Source of the DNA: Bacillota bacterium
GTDB lineage: Bacteria; Bacillota; UBA994; UBA5500
Assembly (NCBI GenBank): GCA_050949085.1
Contig: JBMNFB010000009.1
Location: 130,379 to 194,378, forward strand
Length of the DNA stretch: 64,000 nucleotides
Reading direction: 5' to 3'
The notes beneath the pieces are model-generated. The model did no database searches. It was not told where the DNA came from and saw nothing but the letters and a program-made list of their open reading frames with translations. Below, one piece after another: positions 32,257 through 42,523 of this stretch (the first letter of the stretch is position 1; every line of letters begins with the position of its first letter). The translations under genes and the position numbers were made by a program.

Positions 32257-32327
32257 GGAGAGCGCGCTGCATGACTTCCGGCAGAGTCAGGCAATTTAAC
32301 AGCAAAGAACTCTCAGGAGGTCAGCGC

Positions 32328-32573
32328 ATGATCAAACTCTTCAATCTGGAACACTGCCCCTACTGCCGCCGTGTGCGGGAGAAGCTGGATCAGCTGGGGC
32401 TGGAATGCCAGCTGATCGAGGTCCATCCCGAACGCACGCTGCGCCAGGACGTGATCGATATCAGCGGCCAGACCGCTGTGCCTGTGCTCGTCGATGGCGA
32501 CGTGATTATTGCTGATGACGATGATCGGGCCATCGCCTATCTGGAAGAGAAGTATGGCGGGAGCGCATACTAA
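32328..32573 (+). CDS. Glutaredoxin-like protein (CPYC active site)
   Basis: MIKLFNLEHCPYCRRVREKLDQLG...TAVPVLVDGDVIIADD. Thioredoxin fold with a CxxC motif. GGAGG lies upstream of the ATG at 32328. Confidence 0.75.
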   Translation: MIKLFNLEHCPYCRRVREKLDQLGLECQLIEVHPERTLRQDVIDISGQTAVPVLVDGDVIIADDDDRAIAYLEEKYGGSAY

Positions 32574-32609
32574 CCCCTGAGACATCTAGCAGACAAGGGG
32601 GTTCAGTAC

Positions 32610-33920
32610 ATGGATAAAGCCGCGCTGAAGGCGAAGGTCCTGGAGATCATCGACCAGGAGGCCGAAAAGATCATCTCCATCGGCAACCAGATCTTTGATA
32701 ACCCGGAGTTGGGGTTCAAGGAGCACGCAACGGCAGCAGTCGTGAAACAGACCTTTGAGGAACTCCAGCTGCCACACGAGGCTGAAATCGCCATCACCGG
32801 CCTGCGCGCCGAGTTGGCCGGACGCAAGCAGGATCTGAAAGTAGCGGTGATGGGTGAGCTGGATGCTGTCCTCTGTTATGACCACCCTAAGGCGCATCCA
32901 GAGACAGGGGCGACCCATGCCTGTGGTCATAACGCGCAGATTGCAGGCATGCTGGGGGCGGCCATCGGCCTGGTCAAAGCCGGCGCAGCCGAACATCTGG
33001 ACGGCTCAATAGTCTTTCTTGCTGTGCCAGCCGAGGAGTTTGTGGAACTGGAATACCGCAACCGGCTGCGCGAGGAAGGCAAGATCGAGTTCTTTGGTGG
33101 CAAGCAGGAGTTCATTCGCCTCGGAGTATTTGACGATATCGATATCTCGATCATGTTCCACTCGGAGAGTGACTGCCCGGGACGCCGCGTTATGGTGGGC
33201 GGCAGCAGTAACGGATTCATCGGTAAGTCCATCCGCTACATTGGGCGGGAGGCCCATGCTGGTGGTGCTCCTTTTGAGGGAATTAACGCCCTCAATGCTG
33301 CCCTGCTGGGCCTGATGGGCATCCATGCCCAGCGGGAGACGTTCCGCGATGAGGATCACATTCGGGTGCATCCGATTATCACCCGCGGCGGAGACCTGGT
33401 AAACATCGTCCCGGCCGATGTCCGGCTGGAGACATATGTGCGCGGGCGCACTCTGGAGGCCATCCTGGATGCCAACAGGAAGGTAAACCGCGCCTTGCTG
33501 GCAGGCGCTGACGCAGTCGGCGCCGAGATTGAGATCGGCGAGATCCCGGGTTATCTGCCCCTGCGCAACGACCCAAATCTGTCGGAAATCTTCCGCCAGA
33601 ACGCCAGCGATGTCATCGGCGCTGAGAATGTAGGCGACTGGGGCGGGATGGGTGGCTCCACCGATATGGGCGATGTCACTCATCTCATCCCCGGCATCCA
33701 TCCGGCGGTGGGTGGCATCAAGGGCACCGCCCACACCCGCAACTTCCTTGTCAGCGATCCGGATGCCGCCTACATCGTCCCAGCAAAGGTGATGGCACTG
33801 ACTGTCATCGATCTGCTCTATGAGGGAGCGGAGCTGGCCAGGAAGGTGAAGCAGGAGTTCAAACCCGCCATGACCAAGGATGAGTACCTGAAGATGTGGC
33901 GCGATCTGGTGGCCAAATGA
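32610..33920 (+). CDS. M20 family amidohydrolase (aminoacylase/hippurate-hydrolase-like)
   Basis: HACGHNAQIAGMLGAA and downstream Glu/His metal ligands typical of the M20D family. Confidence 0.75.
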   Translation: MDKAALKAKVLEIIDQEAEKIISIGNQIFDNPELGFKEHATAAVVKQTFEELQLPHEAEIAITGLRAELAGRKQDLKVAVMGELDAVLCYDHPKAHPETGATHACGHNAQIAGMLGAAIGLVKAGAAEHLDGSIVFLAVPAEEFVELEYRNRLREEGKIEFFGGKQEFIRLGVFDDIDISIMFHSESDCPGRRVMVGGSSNGFIGKSIRYIGREAHAGGAPFEGINALNAALLGLMGIHAQRETFRDEDHIRVHPIITRGGDLVNIVPADVRLETYVRGRTLEAILDANRKVNRALLAGADAVGAEIEIGEIPGYLPLRNDPNLSEIFRQNASDVIGAENVGDWGGMGGSTDMGDVTHLIPGIHPAVGGIKGTAHTRNFLVSDPDAAYIVPAKVMALTVIDLLYEGAELARKVKQEFKPAMTKDEYLKMWRDLVAK

Positions 33921-33926
33921 CAGATA

Positions 33927-33955
33927 AAAGCAGCCCGGCTGAGGCCGGGCTGCTT
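33927..33955. terminator. Bidirectional terminator hairpin
   Basis: AAAGCAGCCCGGC-TGAG-GCCGGGCTGCTTT between the convergent M20 and S9 genes. Confidence 0.7.
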
Positions 33956-33971
33956 TCTATTGCGCGAGAGG

Positions 33972-35993
33972 TTAGTCCTCTTTAGCCTGCGGAATATACT
34001 TATCCATCCAGTCGACGATGGCATTCAGCCGCGCGATGCGCAGTGAAGGCCGGCCGCTGCGGGAGAGCTCATGCGTGCTGTTCGGGAAGCGCAGCAGCTG
34101 GGTCGTCTTGCCCAGTTTCTTCAGGTAGACGTAGAGCTGCTCTGCCTGCTCGATCGGGCAACGCAGGTCTTCCTCGCCGTGGATGATTAGCAGCGGGGTC
34201 TCGACGTTCTTGACATAGGTCAACGGTGAGCGCTTGATCATCTCCTCCGGGTCATCCCACGGCGTGGCGTTATGCTCGTTCTCGGTGAAGGTGGCACCGA
34301 TATCGGCAGCGCCGGTGAAGCTGAACCAGTTGGAGATACTGCGCTGAGTGACGGCGGCCTTGAAGCGATTGGTATGGCCGACAATCCAGTTGGTCATGAA
34401 CCCGCCGTAGCTGCCACCGGTGACGCCGAGGCGGTCTCCATCAACATAGTCCACGTTCTCCAGCACCCAATCCATCGCGTTCATCAGATCCTCATAATCC
34501 TTACCGCCGTAATCGCCGCGGCAGGCATCGACAAACTGCTGACCATAGCCATGGCTGCCGCGCGGGTTGGTGAAGATGACAACATAGCCGCGGGAGCAGA
34601 GCAGCTGGAACTCGAAGAAGAAGCTGTCGCCAAACATGGTGTGAGGGCCGCCATGGATCTCGAGGACTGCCGGATACTTCTTGCCCGGTTCGAAATTGAT
34701 CGGCTTCATGATCCAGCCCTGGACATTCCAGTCATCAACGCTCTTGAAGTTGAATTCCTCGGGCGTGCTCAGGGCGACGCTGTTCAGGAACTGATCGTTG
34801 GCTTCGGTCAGGCGAACACTCTCGTGGCTTATCAGGTCATAGCAGTACAGCTCACCGGGAGAGAGAGGCTCGCTGAGGGCCAGAGCCACCCGCTTGCCCT
34901 CGTTATCCATGGTAAACCCATAGATGGCACCCTTCAGCTGGCTGACCTGCTCAACCGGACCGCCAGCAGCCGGGAAACGCCAGAGGTTGGCATAGCCGTG
35001 GTCGGCCGCCGCAAAGTAGATGTAGCCGTTGGTGGCCCAGATTGGCGACATCGAGCCGCCGCCCATCCGCGAGTCAGTGTTGGCCGTAGCACCCACCGGC
35101 AGCTCCATGTCAGGAGTCAGGCAGGTAGCTTCGCCGCCGTCGCGGGACATGCGGTAGAACTTGGGCAGAGTGGCTCCCTTGTACTCACTCTGGTGATAGA
35201 GGTAAACAAGATCCTTGCCGTCTAGCGACCAGAGCGCACCGCGCACCGCACCGTCGCTCTTGGTCAGTTTGACCAGTTCGCCGCCGGCCGCAGGCATGAT
35301 GTACAGGTCGGAGATATTGGGGTGGTTTTCCGGGTTCTCGAGGCGATTGGATGTGAAGGCGATATACTCACCGCAGGGGGACCAGACGGGCGCACCAACG
35401 CGATAGTCGCCGCTGGTGAGCTGCTTGGCTTCCTTGGTCTCCACATCGATGACCCAGATCTGGTTGTTCCGCTTGGGCAGGAGGCCCACGCCATTCATCT
35501 TGTAGTGGAGCCGATCGACGACGTACGGCTTATCTGCCCGTTCCTTGCTCATCTTCTCCCGGTCAGCCTTACTGAGCTCCTTGGTCAGCTCCTCAGGCTT
35601 ATCCTCGGGGGCGACGGCGCTCATGAACATGATCTTCCTGCCGTCGGGTGACCACTGCGGGTTACCGGCACCCCAGCGCATCGTCGTCAGCTGTTCGGCC
35701 TCACCAAAACCTTCGCGCAGCAGCCAGATCTGGCGCGAGCCGCTGCGGTCGGTGACGAACGCCAGGGTCTTGCCGTCCGGCGACCAGGTGGGAGAGCTCC
35801 CGCCGCTGGTCAGGCGCTGGCGGCGCTTGTCGTCGGTGCCTACCAGATAGAGTTCGCCCCTGTAAGTGCGGGTCTTCTCGTCAATGTACGTCTGCACATA
35901 GGCCACTTTCTTGCCATCGGGAGACATCTGGGGATCGGAGACAAACTTCAGTTGGAGCAAGTCTTCTGCTACTACTGGTCTCTTCAACGTCAT
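33972..35993 (-). CDS. S9 family peptidase (paralog of 25776..27749)
   Basis: Same architecture as the other S9 gene (WSPDG propeller, GGSYGGFM catalytic Ser) at about 45% identity to it. Confidence 0.85.
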   Translation of the reverse strand: MTLKRPVVAEDLLQLKFVSDPQMSPDGKKVAYVQTYIDEKTRTYRGELYLVGTDDKRRQRLTSGGSSPTWSPDGKTLAFVTDRSGSRQIWLLREGFGEAEQLTTMRWGAGNPQWSPDGRKIMFMSAVAPEDKPEELTKELSKADREKMSKERADKPYVVDRLHYKMNGVGLLPKRNNQIWVIDVETKEAKQLTSGDYRVGAPVWSPCGEYIAFTSNRLENPENHPNISDLYIMPAAGGELVKLTKSDGAVRGALWSLDGKDLVYLYHQSEYKGATLPKFYRMSRDGGEATCLTPDMELPVGATANTDSRMGGGSMSPIWATNGYIYFAAADHGYANLWRFPAAGGPVEQVSQLKGAIYGFTMDNEGKRVALALSEPLSPGELYCYDLISHESVRLTEANDQFLNSVALSTPEEFNFKSVDDWNVQGWIMKPINFEPGKKYPAVLEIHGGPHTMFGDSFFFEFQLLCSRGYVVIFTNPRGSHGYGQQFVDACRGDYGGKDYEDLMNAMDWVLENVDYVDGDRLGVTGGSYGGFMTNWIVGHTNRFKAAVTQRSISNWFSFTGAADIGATFTENEHNATPWDDPEEMIKRSPLTYVKNVETPLLIIHGEEDLRCPIEQAEQLYVYLKKLGKTTQLLRFPNSTHELSRSGRPSLRIARLNAIVDWMDKYIPQAKED

Positions 35994-36088
35994 ACCTCCT
36001 CGTTAAGGGTTGTACAGAAACTTATTTCGCGATGCGTAAAAGTATCCCTGCTTTTCTCTGCACAAATGGCGCAGGTTGTTTGATCGGC

Positions 36089-37258
36089 CTAGCCTTCGCG
36101 CCGCATGCCCTGCACACCGATAGCGATAAAGACGGCGCTGCAGCCCAGGAGGACGAGCAGGGGCGTACGCAGCGCTGCCCAGTCGGTTCCGCCACGCAAA
36201 ATCAACTGCACATAGCCCTCTCTGGCCCAGTATTGGGGCGTCAGTCGGGCAACCCTGAGCAGGGCGGGGCTGAAGAACTCCAGCGGTATGAACAGGCCGC
36301 CCAGCATGCTGCCCACGTTGAGGATCAGGGCGGAGAATGCCTGCTGCTGCTGATATGTCTTGACCAGCGCGCCGATGGTCAGACCGATAGCCACCGAGCA
36401 GAGCACCAGCAAGCTGGTGAGGACCAGCAAACCAAGCCCTCCCCCAAAACTGACTCCATAAAGAAACCTCTGCAACACGAGCAGGATAGCAAACTGGAAC
36501 CAGCCGCAGCAGAAGTAGCCGAGGATAGAGCCGAGCATGATCTCGGCCCGGCTGACGGGTGCGGCCAGCAGCCGCTGCCAGGTCCCCCAGCTGCGCTCCT
36601 CCAGAATGCTTCCGGTCGCCATCCCCTGCCCCATCATCACAAACATCACCAGAAAGCTGATGCCGAGGTTCGTGGGCTGGTTAACATCAGTCTCGACTTT
36701 CACGATCGCATCGCGCGCGACGACCTTCACCGGGGGCTCAGCCCAGGCCTGCATGGCGCGTTGAAAGACCTCCTGCCAGTCGGCTGAGCCAGGATCAGTG
36801 ACCACCAGGCTGGCCGTGACGGTGGCGCTGGCCAGATGGGACAGAACGCGCTCAACCTCCTGCCGCAGCGCCGCCGAGAGGTTCGTCTCTGCCTCCCTTA
36901 TCCAGGTTAGCTGCGGCGCTTGTCCAGCCGCCATCTGCTGGTTGAAGCCGTCTCCCACCAACAGCGCCGCGATTACGTCAGCGTCAGTCACCATCTGCCT
37001 CGCCTGATCAGCACTTTCCACCTCGTATACCGATAGGGCCGCAGCCTCGATGAGGGCAGTGCGCAGAGCATCCGCCGGGCCATCCGCCTCCGGCAGATAC
37101 AGAGCCAGCCCCAGGCGGGCTTCTTCGCCCCCGCCGCCGCCAAATATCAGCCCGAACACCAGGCTGAAGGCCAGCGGCATCAAGAACATCATCATCAGGT
37201 TTCTCTTGTCACCGAGGGCCCCGCGCAGCGTGCGCCAGGCAACATTCAGGATCTTCAT
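36089..37258 (-). CDS. ABC-2 family transporter permease
   Basis: 389 aa with an N-terminal transmembrane helix, a large extracytoplasmic loop and a C-terminal 5-TM bundle, as in the ABC-2/YhgE type. Confidence 0.7.
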   Translation of the reverse strand: MKILNVAWRTLRGALGDKRNLMMMFLMPLAFSLVFGLIFGGGGGEEARLGLALYLPEADGPADALRTALIEAAALSVYEVESADQARQMVTDADVIAALLVGDGFNQQMAAGQAPQLTWIREAETNLSAALRQEVERVLSHLASATVTASLVVTDPGSADWQEVFQRAMQAWAEPPVKVVARDAIVKVETDVNQPTNLGISFLVMFVMMGQGMATGSILEERSWGTWQRLLAAPVSRAEIMLGSILGYFCCGWFQFAILLVLQRFLYGVSFGGGLGLLVLTSLLVLCSVAIGLTIGALVKTYQQQQAFSALILNVGSMLGGLFIPLEFFSPALLRVARLTPQYWAREGYVQLILRGGTDWAALRTPLLVLLGCSAVFIAIGVQGMRREG

Positions 37259-37259
37259 C

Positions 37260-38453
37260 CTATTGATGCACCCCCTGTCGCTTCGTCAGGCGCCAGACGG
37301 CGACGGCAATACCAGCAAAGCCGATGATAAACATGGGCATGATCTGCCCCAGCGGCAATGCCTGCCCCCGGGCCACCGGCAGGAAGCTGTTCATCCCCCA
37401 GTAGTTGGGGCTGAGCAGCGCCAGCTTCAGCATCAGCGGCGAGAACTGGCTGAGGGGCACCATGGAGCCGCCGAGCGCGGCAAAGATCTGCACACCGATA
37501 ATCCAGGCGTTGAGGGCGGCTGTAGTTCCCTTAACCAGGGAGGAAACCAGCATCACCAGCCCGGAGACGGCACATGAGTAAGCGAGAGCCACCAGCATCA
37601 CTGCCGGCGGGCTGCCCCAACTGACCCGATAGATGAGCGTCGTGCCGCCATACAGAATCAGAAACTGGGCCAGAGCCAACGCCACTTGTCCTCCCGCTTT
37701 CCCCAACAGGAACTGAATGCGGCTGACAGGGGCAGAAAGGATTCGGGCGTAGGTCTCGTTGCGTTCCTCAGCGACGATGGACCCCAGGCCCATGCTGCCT
37801 GACAGCAGCAGAAACATGCAGCCCATGCCGATAGCGTAATACTGCAGGGCCGATATCCTGACACCTGGCACGACGTCTTCGGTTATCAGCTGAGCGCGCC
37901 CCTGATCAATCTGTTGGGCGATGCCCGCCCCCAGGTTGCCTAAATCGACCAGCGGCAGCCCGGCCTCCAGCGCAGTGCGAATGGCAATCTGACTGGCAGC
38001 CAGATAGTCTGCGTAGCCATTGGCGATAGCCTCGATGATCACCGGCTGCAGCTGCCGGCCGGGGTCACGCAGGACGGTCAGTTCGGCGGGCCTGCCCTGC
38101 AGTACGGCGCTGGTGAACCCAGCCGGGATGACGATGGCCCCAGCTACCTGCCCCTCGCTGACCAACCGCTGGGCTTCAGCCAGATCGCGCTCCACCGGCC
38201 TCACCAGGCTGGAGAGCTCTTCCCCCTGCATGATCTCAGCTAGAGGCTGAGCTAACGCCCCACCGTCCTCATCAACCAGCAGCACCGGGAACTGTTCGAT
38301 GGTCGGAGTAGCATCGAAAGCATTGCCGAAGATGGCGCCGAGGACTCCAATCAGAATCAGCGGCATCGCCAGGAGCATAATCAGCCCCGTCCTGTCTCGA
38401 GCGGATACCTGCAAGTCCTTGAGAGCGATTCGGATCGCATGCATGGCGCTCAC
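37260..38453 (-). CDS. ABC-2 family transporter permease (second subunit)
   Basis: Paralog of the previous permease. The two genes are separated by 1 nt. Confidence 0.7.
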   Translation of the reverse strand: MSAMHAIRIALKDLQVSARDRTGLIMLLAMPLILIGVLGAIFGNAFDATPTIEQFPVLLVDEDGGALAQPLAEIMQGEELSSLVRPVERDLAEAQRLVSEGQVAGAIVIPAGFTSAVLQGRPAELTVLRDPGRQLQPVIIEAIANGYADYLAASQIAIRTALEAGLPLVDLGNLGAGIAQQIDQGRAQLITEDVVPGVRISALQYYAIGMGCMFLLLSGSMGLGSIVAEERNETYARILSAPVSRIQFLLGKAGGQVALALAQFLILYGGTTLIYRVSWGSPPAVMLVALAYSCAVSGLVMLVSSLVKGTTAALNAWIIGVQIFAALGGSMVPLSQFSPLMLKLALLSPNYWGMNSFLPVARGQALPLGQIMPMFIIGFAGIAVAVWRLTKRQGVHQ

Positions 38454-38455
38454 CC

Positions 38456-39439
38456 CTAATCGCGCAAGGCCCTGCCGGTCAAGTGCAGGAACACAGCTTC
38501 CAGGTTGGGCTCGTCGATTTGCACGCTCCGCAGGGTCACGCCGGCTTCAGCCAGCAGGTGAGAGATGGCCCCCAGAGCCAGGGCGGGGACGGCGCTGACC
38601 ACAGTCAGCTGATCGCCCTCTACGGTCAGGTGCTTGACTTCATCCAGCGCCAGCAGCCGATCATTCAGGCTCTCCTGGTATCCCACCACATTGAGCACCA
38701 GGTGCGCGTCTTCACCTACGACCTGACGCAACTCGTCTACTGTACCACAGGCGATGATCCGGCCCCGATCGATAATGCCGACCCGGTTGCAGAGGTACTC
38801 GACTTCCTCCATATAGTGACTGGTATAGATGATGGTCATCCCCTGGGCGTTTAGTGACCGCACCGTCTCGAGGATGTGATTGCGCGATTGCGGATCGATG
38901 CCCACCGTCGGCTCATCCATGATCAGGATCTTGGGTTCGTGTAGCAGCGCAGCAGCGATGTTGATGCGCCGCTTCATGCCGCCAGAAAAAGTACTGACGC
39001 GTCCCCGAGCCCGATCACTGAGACCGACGATCTCCAGGGCCCCTGCCACCTGTCGCTCCAGCTCCTGACCCGACAACCCGTAAAGGCGGCCCCAGAACCT
39101 CAGGTTCTCCTGGGCCGACAGCTCAGGATAGAGCGCTACCTCTTGCGGCACGTAGCCGAGACACCGCTTGACGGCCAGAGGATCTTTGGCCAGCGTCCGT
39201 CCATCAACCCAGATCGTCCCGCTGTCAGGAGGGAGTAGACCAAAGAGCAGCTTGATTGTCGTTGACTTCCCCGCTCCGTTGGGTCCCAGCAAACCGAACG
39301 ACTCCCCTGCGTCCACCTGAAAACTGACATCGGCAACAGCCTGCGCCTTCCCATACGACTTCGATAGGCCTTCAACACGCAGAATAACGTTCAACTTGAT
39401 AACATCTCCCCTCACGACTGACTTGCCGAGGATTACCAA
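38456..39439 (-). CDS. ABC transporter ATP-binding protein (ABC-2 exporter ATPase with C-terminal extension)
   Basis: [36 protein letters not shown]. The true start is probably an internal TTG/GTG near [10 protein letters not shown]. Confidence 0.85.
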   Translation of the reverse strand: MVILGKSVVRGDVIKLNVILRVEGLSKSYGKAQAVADVSFQVDAGESFGLLGPNGAGKSTTIKLLFGLLPPDSGTIWVDGRTLAKDPLAVKRCLGYVPQEVALYPELSAQENLRFWGRLYGLSGQELERQVAGALEIVGLSDRARGRVSTFSGGMKRRINIAAALLHEPKILIMDEPTVGIDPQSRNHILETVRSLNAQGMTIIYTSHYMEEVEYLCNRVGIIDRGRIIACGTVDELRQVVGEDAHLVLNVVGYQESLNDRLLALDEVKHLTVEGDQLTVVSAVPALALGAISHLLAEAGVTLRSVQIDEPNLEAVFLHLTGRALRD

Positions 39440-39575
39440 TCAATTATAGCCGAAAATCAGGTGATCCGCCCAGTGTTTATTGTGGATGTAGCATCGCCAG
39501 CGTATCGGTGAGGAGGCTCACTCCTGTGCCAGCAGCAACATATGCTGTAAGCAAACTTGAAGGGGGAGATCGGAT

Positions 39576-40727
39576 TTGCCTGTAAGGTCGAAGAGAAGGG
39601 GCAGACAAGCCAGAGCGCGGCGTCGCGCCAGCCAATCGGGCTCTGGCTATGCCCTGACAGTGTTCCGCAGCCCCGCCGTCAGCCGCTTTCCGCTCCAGGT
39701 CAATGGCGAAACGCGTGACGGCGGAGTATCTGGCCTGAAGCTGATCCTGGCGCGAGCGGAAGGCGAGGTCATCGAAACGATTGGCGGGGTGCCCGCCGGC
39801 GCCAGCGGCAGCCCTGTCTACATAGGAAATCAGTTGCTGGGCGCCATCTCAACGTTGTTCTATCCCGATCCCAAGCTGGTGGGCATCACGCCCCGGGAGG
39901 CGATGCTGCGCCTCGCCGACGAACCACTGCTGCCGTCTGACATTGCGCCGGTCGGCTTCCAATCCAGCCTGCAGCCGCCTGTCACGGCCATCGGCATTTC
40001 CTCCGGACGAATCCTGCGGCAGATCAGTCAGCGCTACGGTTCGGCTATCGTCGGTGGCGAGGCACGCCAGCCAGTCACGGTTCACGAATTGCCTCGACCT
40101 GGCAGTGCCATTGGCGCCGCCCTGCTGCTAGGTGACATCCGCCTCGGGTTTGTGGGAACCACGACGCTGGTCGACGGCCAGATGCTGTTTGCCTTTGGCC
40201 ACCCGCTGCTCTACGCTGGCCCGACCAGCATGCCGCTGACGGAGGCCATCATCCTGGACGTCGCCCGCGGCAGCTTTCCCAACAAGGTGGCCGACCTGGG
40301 GGCCATCATCGGCACTGTCATTCAGGATCGGGCGGCTGGAATCCTCGCCTATCTGGGCCAGATGCCAGACCTGGTGGAGATGAAGTTTACCATCAAGGAC
40401 GAGGATCGGGGTCAGACTGAGATCGTCCAGGTACAGGCAACGCGGCTCAACTCAGAATTGCCTTTTCTCGTGTTGATTGCCACGCTGGAAAGCATGCAGC
40501 GGGCGATGAACCGTGTCGGTCCCGGCACGGCCATCTGGGAGTGGGTGATCACTCTGCAAGGCGCGGCCGAGCCAATGCGCATCACCGAGATCCGCTACGA
40601 TCCCAACATCGGGTTTACTCTCGCTCTACAAATCGAGACTACGGTGCGCGAGCTGCTGGAAAACGGCCAGGTGATTGAGGCAATCGAGTTGCGCGCTGCA
40701 GTAACTGCCCGTCGCACCAGCAACTGA
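39576..40727 (+). CDS. Putative secreted/serine-peptidase-like protein (GxSGSP motif), function uncertain
   Basis: TTG start after GAAGGGGGAG. Arg-rich N-terminus. GASGSPVYIGNQLLGAIS resembles a trypsin/SpoIVB-type catalytic-Ser block, but overall domain order is unclear. Confidence 0.35.
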   Translation: MPVRSKRRGRQARARRRASQSGSGYALTVFRSPAVSRFPLQVNGETRDGGVSGLKLILARAEGEVIETIGGVPAGASGSPVYIGNQLLGAISTLFYPDPKLVGITPREAMLRLADEPLLPSDIAPVGFQSSLQPPVTAIGISSGRILRQISQRYGSAIVGGEARQPVTVHELPRPGSAIGAALLLGDIRLGFVGTTTLVDGQMLFAFGHPLLYAGPTSMPLTEAIILDVARGSFPNKVADLGAIIGTVIQDRAAGILAYLGQMPDLVEMKFTIKDEDRGQTEIVQVQATRLNSELPFLVLIATLESMQRAMNRVGPGTAIWEWVITLQGAAEPMRITEIRYDPNIGFTLALQIETTVRELLENGQVIEAIELRAAVTARRTSN

Positions 40728-40813
40728 ATGAATGCTCGAGATGACAAAAGGCGTGCCGCACGACGCTTCCCGCTGGGAGACGTCGTACGACACGCCTGTG
40801 CATGTTCCGTAGT

Positions 40814-42400
40814 CTACCTTTCAGTTGTGACCATGACGATGTCCAGCCCCTCCAGATTGAAGTCAACGGCGATGATCAGATAAGGAAAGGTCAGTGCAGT
40901 CGTCACATCGTCCTCGGGAGCAGGATCGATCTCGCGCACTATGACTTGCAGCACATCGCCTAGTTGCCGCAACTGCCGCATTTCCAGCCCATATCCGCCA
41001 GTCCGGCACATTCCCCGCTTGATGACGATCAGGTAGTGATCCGCCCACTTGCCCGGCCGCTCCAGAATATCCTGGCCGTAACCGGCAGCAATGCCGCGCT
41101 CGGTCAGATCTACCCTGTCCAGATCAGGGTGTGCGTTCACCAGCTGATAGCGATGTTCTTGTGCCTGCAGCTTCTCCGGCCGCAGCACGAACCTGCAGCC
41201 TTCTGTTCCCCGGGGAGCCCTGACGATCTGATAAGGGTAAGTGATCGCCTGAGTGACCATGGAGCCCGGCCTTGGATCTATGTCCTTCACCCAGACATAG
41301 ACAACGTCGTCAACCCGTTCAAACTTGACGACCTCGATGCCGTAACCGCCAGTCGGGCACTGACCGCGCATAACGACGACCAGGAACTCGTTCGCCAGCT
41401 CACCGGGTTCCTTCAACAATTGCCTGCCATAGCCGGTGATTAGGCCCCGCTGGCTGAGATCGATCCTGTCCAGCAGCCTCGCCTTCACTGGGACAACCCC
41501 CTCAGCCGCGGGCGACTGCAACCGCAACCTGACATTGTCGAACCTGGGTGCATGACCTGCATCGATCTTAATCACCTGATAGACATAGTGCAGCGCCGGC
41601 AAAGTGAGTGACTTCGGCGGCGGATCTACCAGTTCGACCGTGACCACGAGGTCACCATCCTCCAGCGCTACCTGCCGGGTCTCAATGCCGTAGCCACTGG
41701 TATTGCACCAGCCGCGAATCACAGCCAGATAGATGCTATCTTCATCCAGATCCTGCCCATTCTTGAAATCGGCTGGTTCGACAACCTTGACAAGCGGTCT
41801 GGTCACGTCGGGACGCTCTTCTAGCCGCAGACCCTCGACAACGGTAAATCTTATCTGCTTGACGCCGTCCTCATCATCTGGCAGTTCCGGGTACTCTCTG
41901 GGGCGGGAGATAATCTGAATCTTGCCGTTGGGCAGCCAGCGAACCTCGGCCCCCAGCGTCTCGGCCAGGAAGCGCACGGGAACGAAAACCGTCCCGTTGT
42001 TGCCTGCCTGCACGGGAGCTATCGGCATTTCCACCTTACGACCGTTGATAAGACAGACTTCGTCGTTAACCGTCATCACTATTTCGATCTTGCCAAACGT
42101 CATGATCACCTGTTTGGCGCGCTGATCCCACTGCACATCGCCGCCCAGGCGACTGACAATGCTGCGCACCGGCATCACAGTGTGACCCTTACGAGCGACA
42201 AAAGGAGCTTCAGGGAGTTGACCTTCGCCCTGATCATCCCTGACCCACTTGCTGCCCACCGCAAACTCGATCTGGCGTTGTCCATTGACCGCCCAACCCA
42301 GGTGCTTCCCCTGATCTGCCCTGGCAAAGGCGGCACCAGGAAGCAGAACTGATCCGATCAGGAGAATCAGAGCCAGCGCCGCGACAGATGACCTCCTCAA
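40814..42400 (-). CDS. Secreted protein with copper-amine-oxidase N-terminal domain and three PrcB-like (PrcB_C) repeats
   Basis: Signal peptide beginning at the TTG at 42400 (RRSSVAALALILLIGSVLLPGAAFA). Three repeats carry the Cys-containing core YLAVIRGWCNTSGYGIE / FLVVVMRGQCPTGGYGIEV / YLIVIKRGMCRTGGYGLEM. Confidence 0.6.
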   Translation of the reverse strand: MRRSSVAALALILLIGSVLLPGAAFARADQGKHLGWAVNGQRQIEFAVGSKWVRDDQGEGQLPEAPFVARKGHTVMPVRSIVSRLGGDVQWDQRAKQVIMTFGKIEIVMTVNDEVCLINGRKVEMPIAPVQAGNNGTVFVPVRFLAETLGAEVRWLPNGKIQIISRPREYPELPDDEDGVKQIRFTVVEGLRLEERPDVTRPLVKVVEPADFKNGQDLDEDSIYLAVIRGWCNTSGYGIETRQVALEDGDLVVTVELVDPPPKSLTLPALHYVYQVIKIDAGHAPRFDNVRLRLQSPAAEGVVPVKARLLDRIDLSQRGLITGYGRQLLKEPGELANEFLVVVMRGQCPTGGYGIEVVKFERVDDVVYVWVKDIDPRPGSMVTQAITYPYQIVRAPRGTEGCRFVLRPEKLQAQEHRYQLVNAHPDLDRVDLTERGIAAGYGQDILERPGKWADHYLIVIKRGMCRTGGYGLEMRQLRQLGDVLQVIVREIDPAPEDDVTTALTFPYLIIAVDFNLEGLDIVMVTTER

Positions 42401-42523
42401 GCTCACCACTCCTTCCACCTGTTGCTTTACTCGATCTGACGCATGGCAGGGGAAAATTGTTCCACGCCAGGGAAAGCGGGCGAGGAAAGACGCGAGCGGT
42501 TCCTTAGGTGCGGGCTTCACCCG

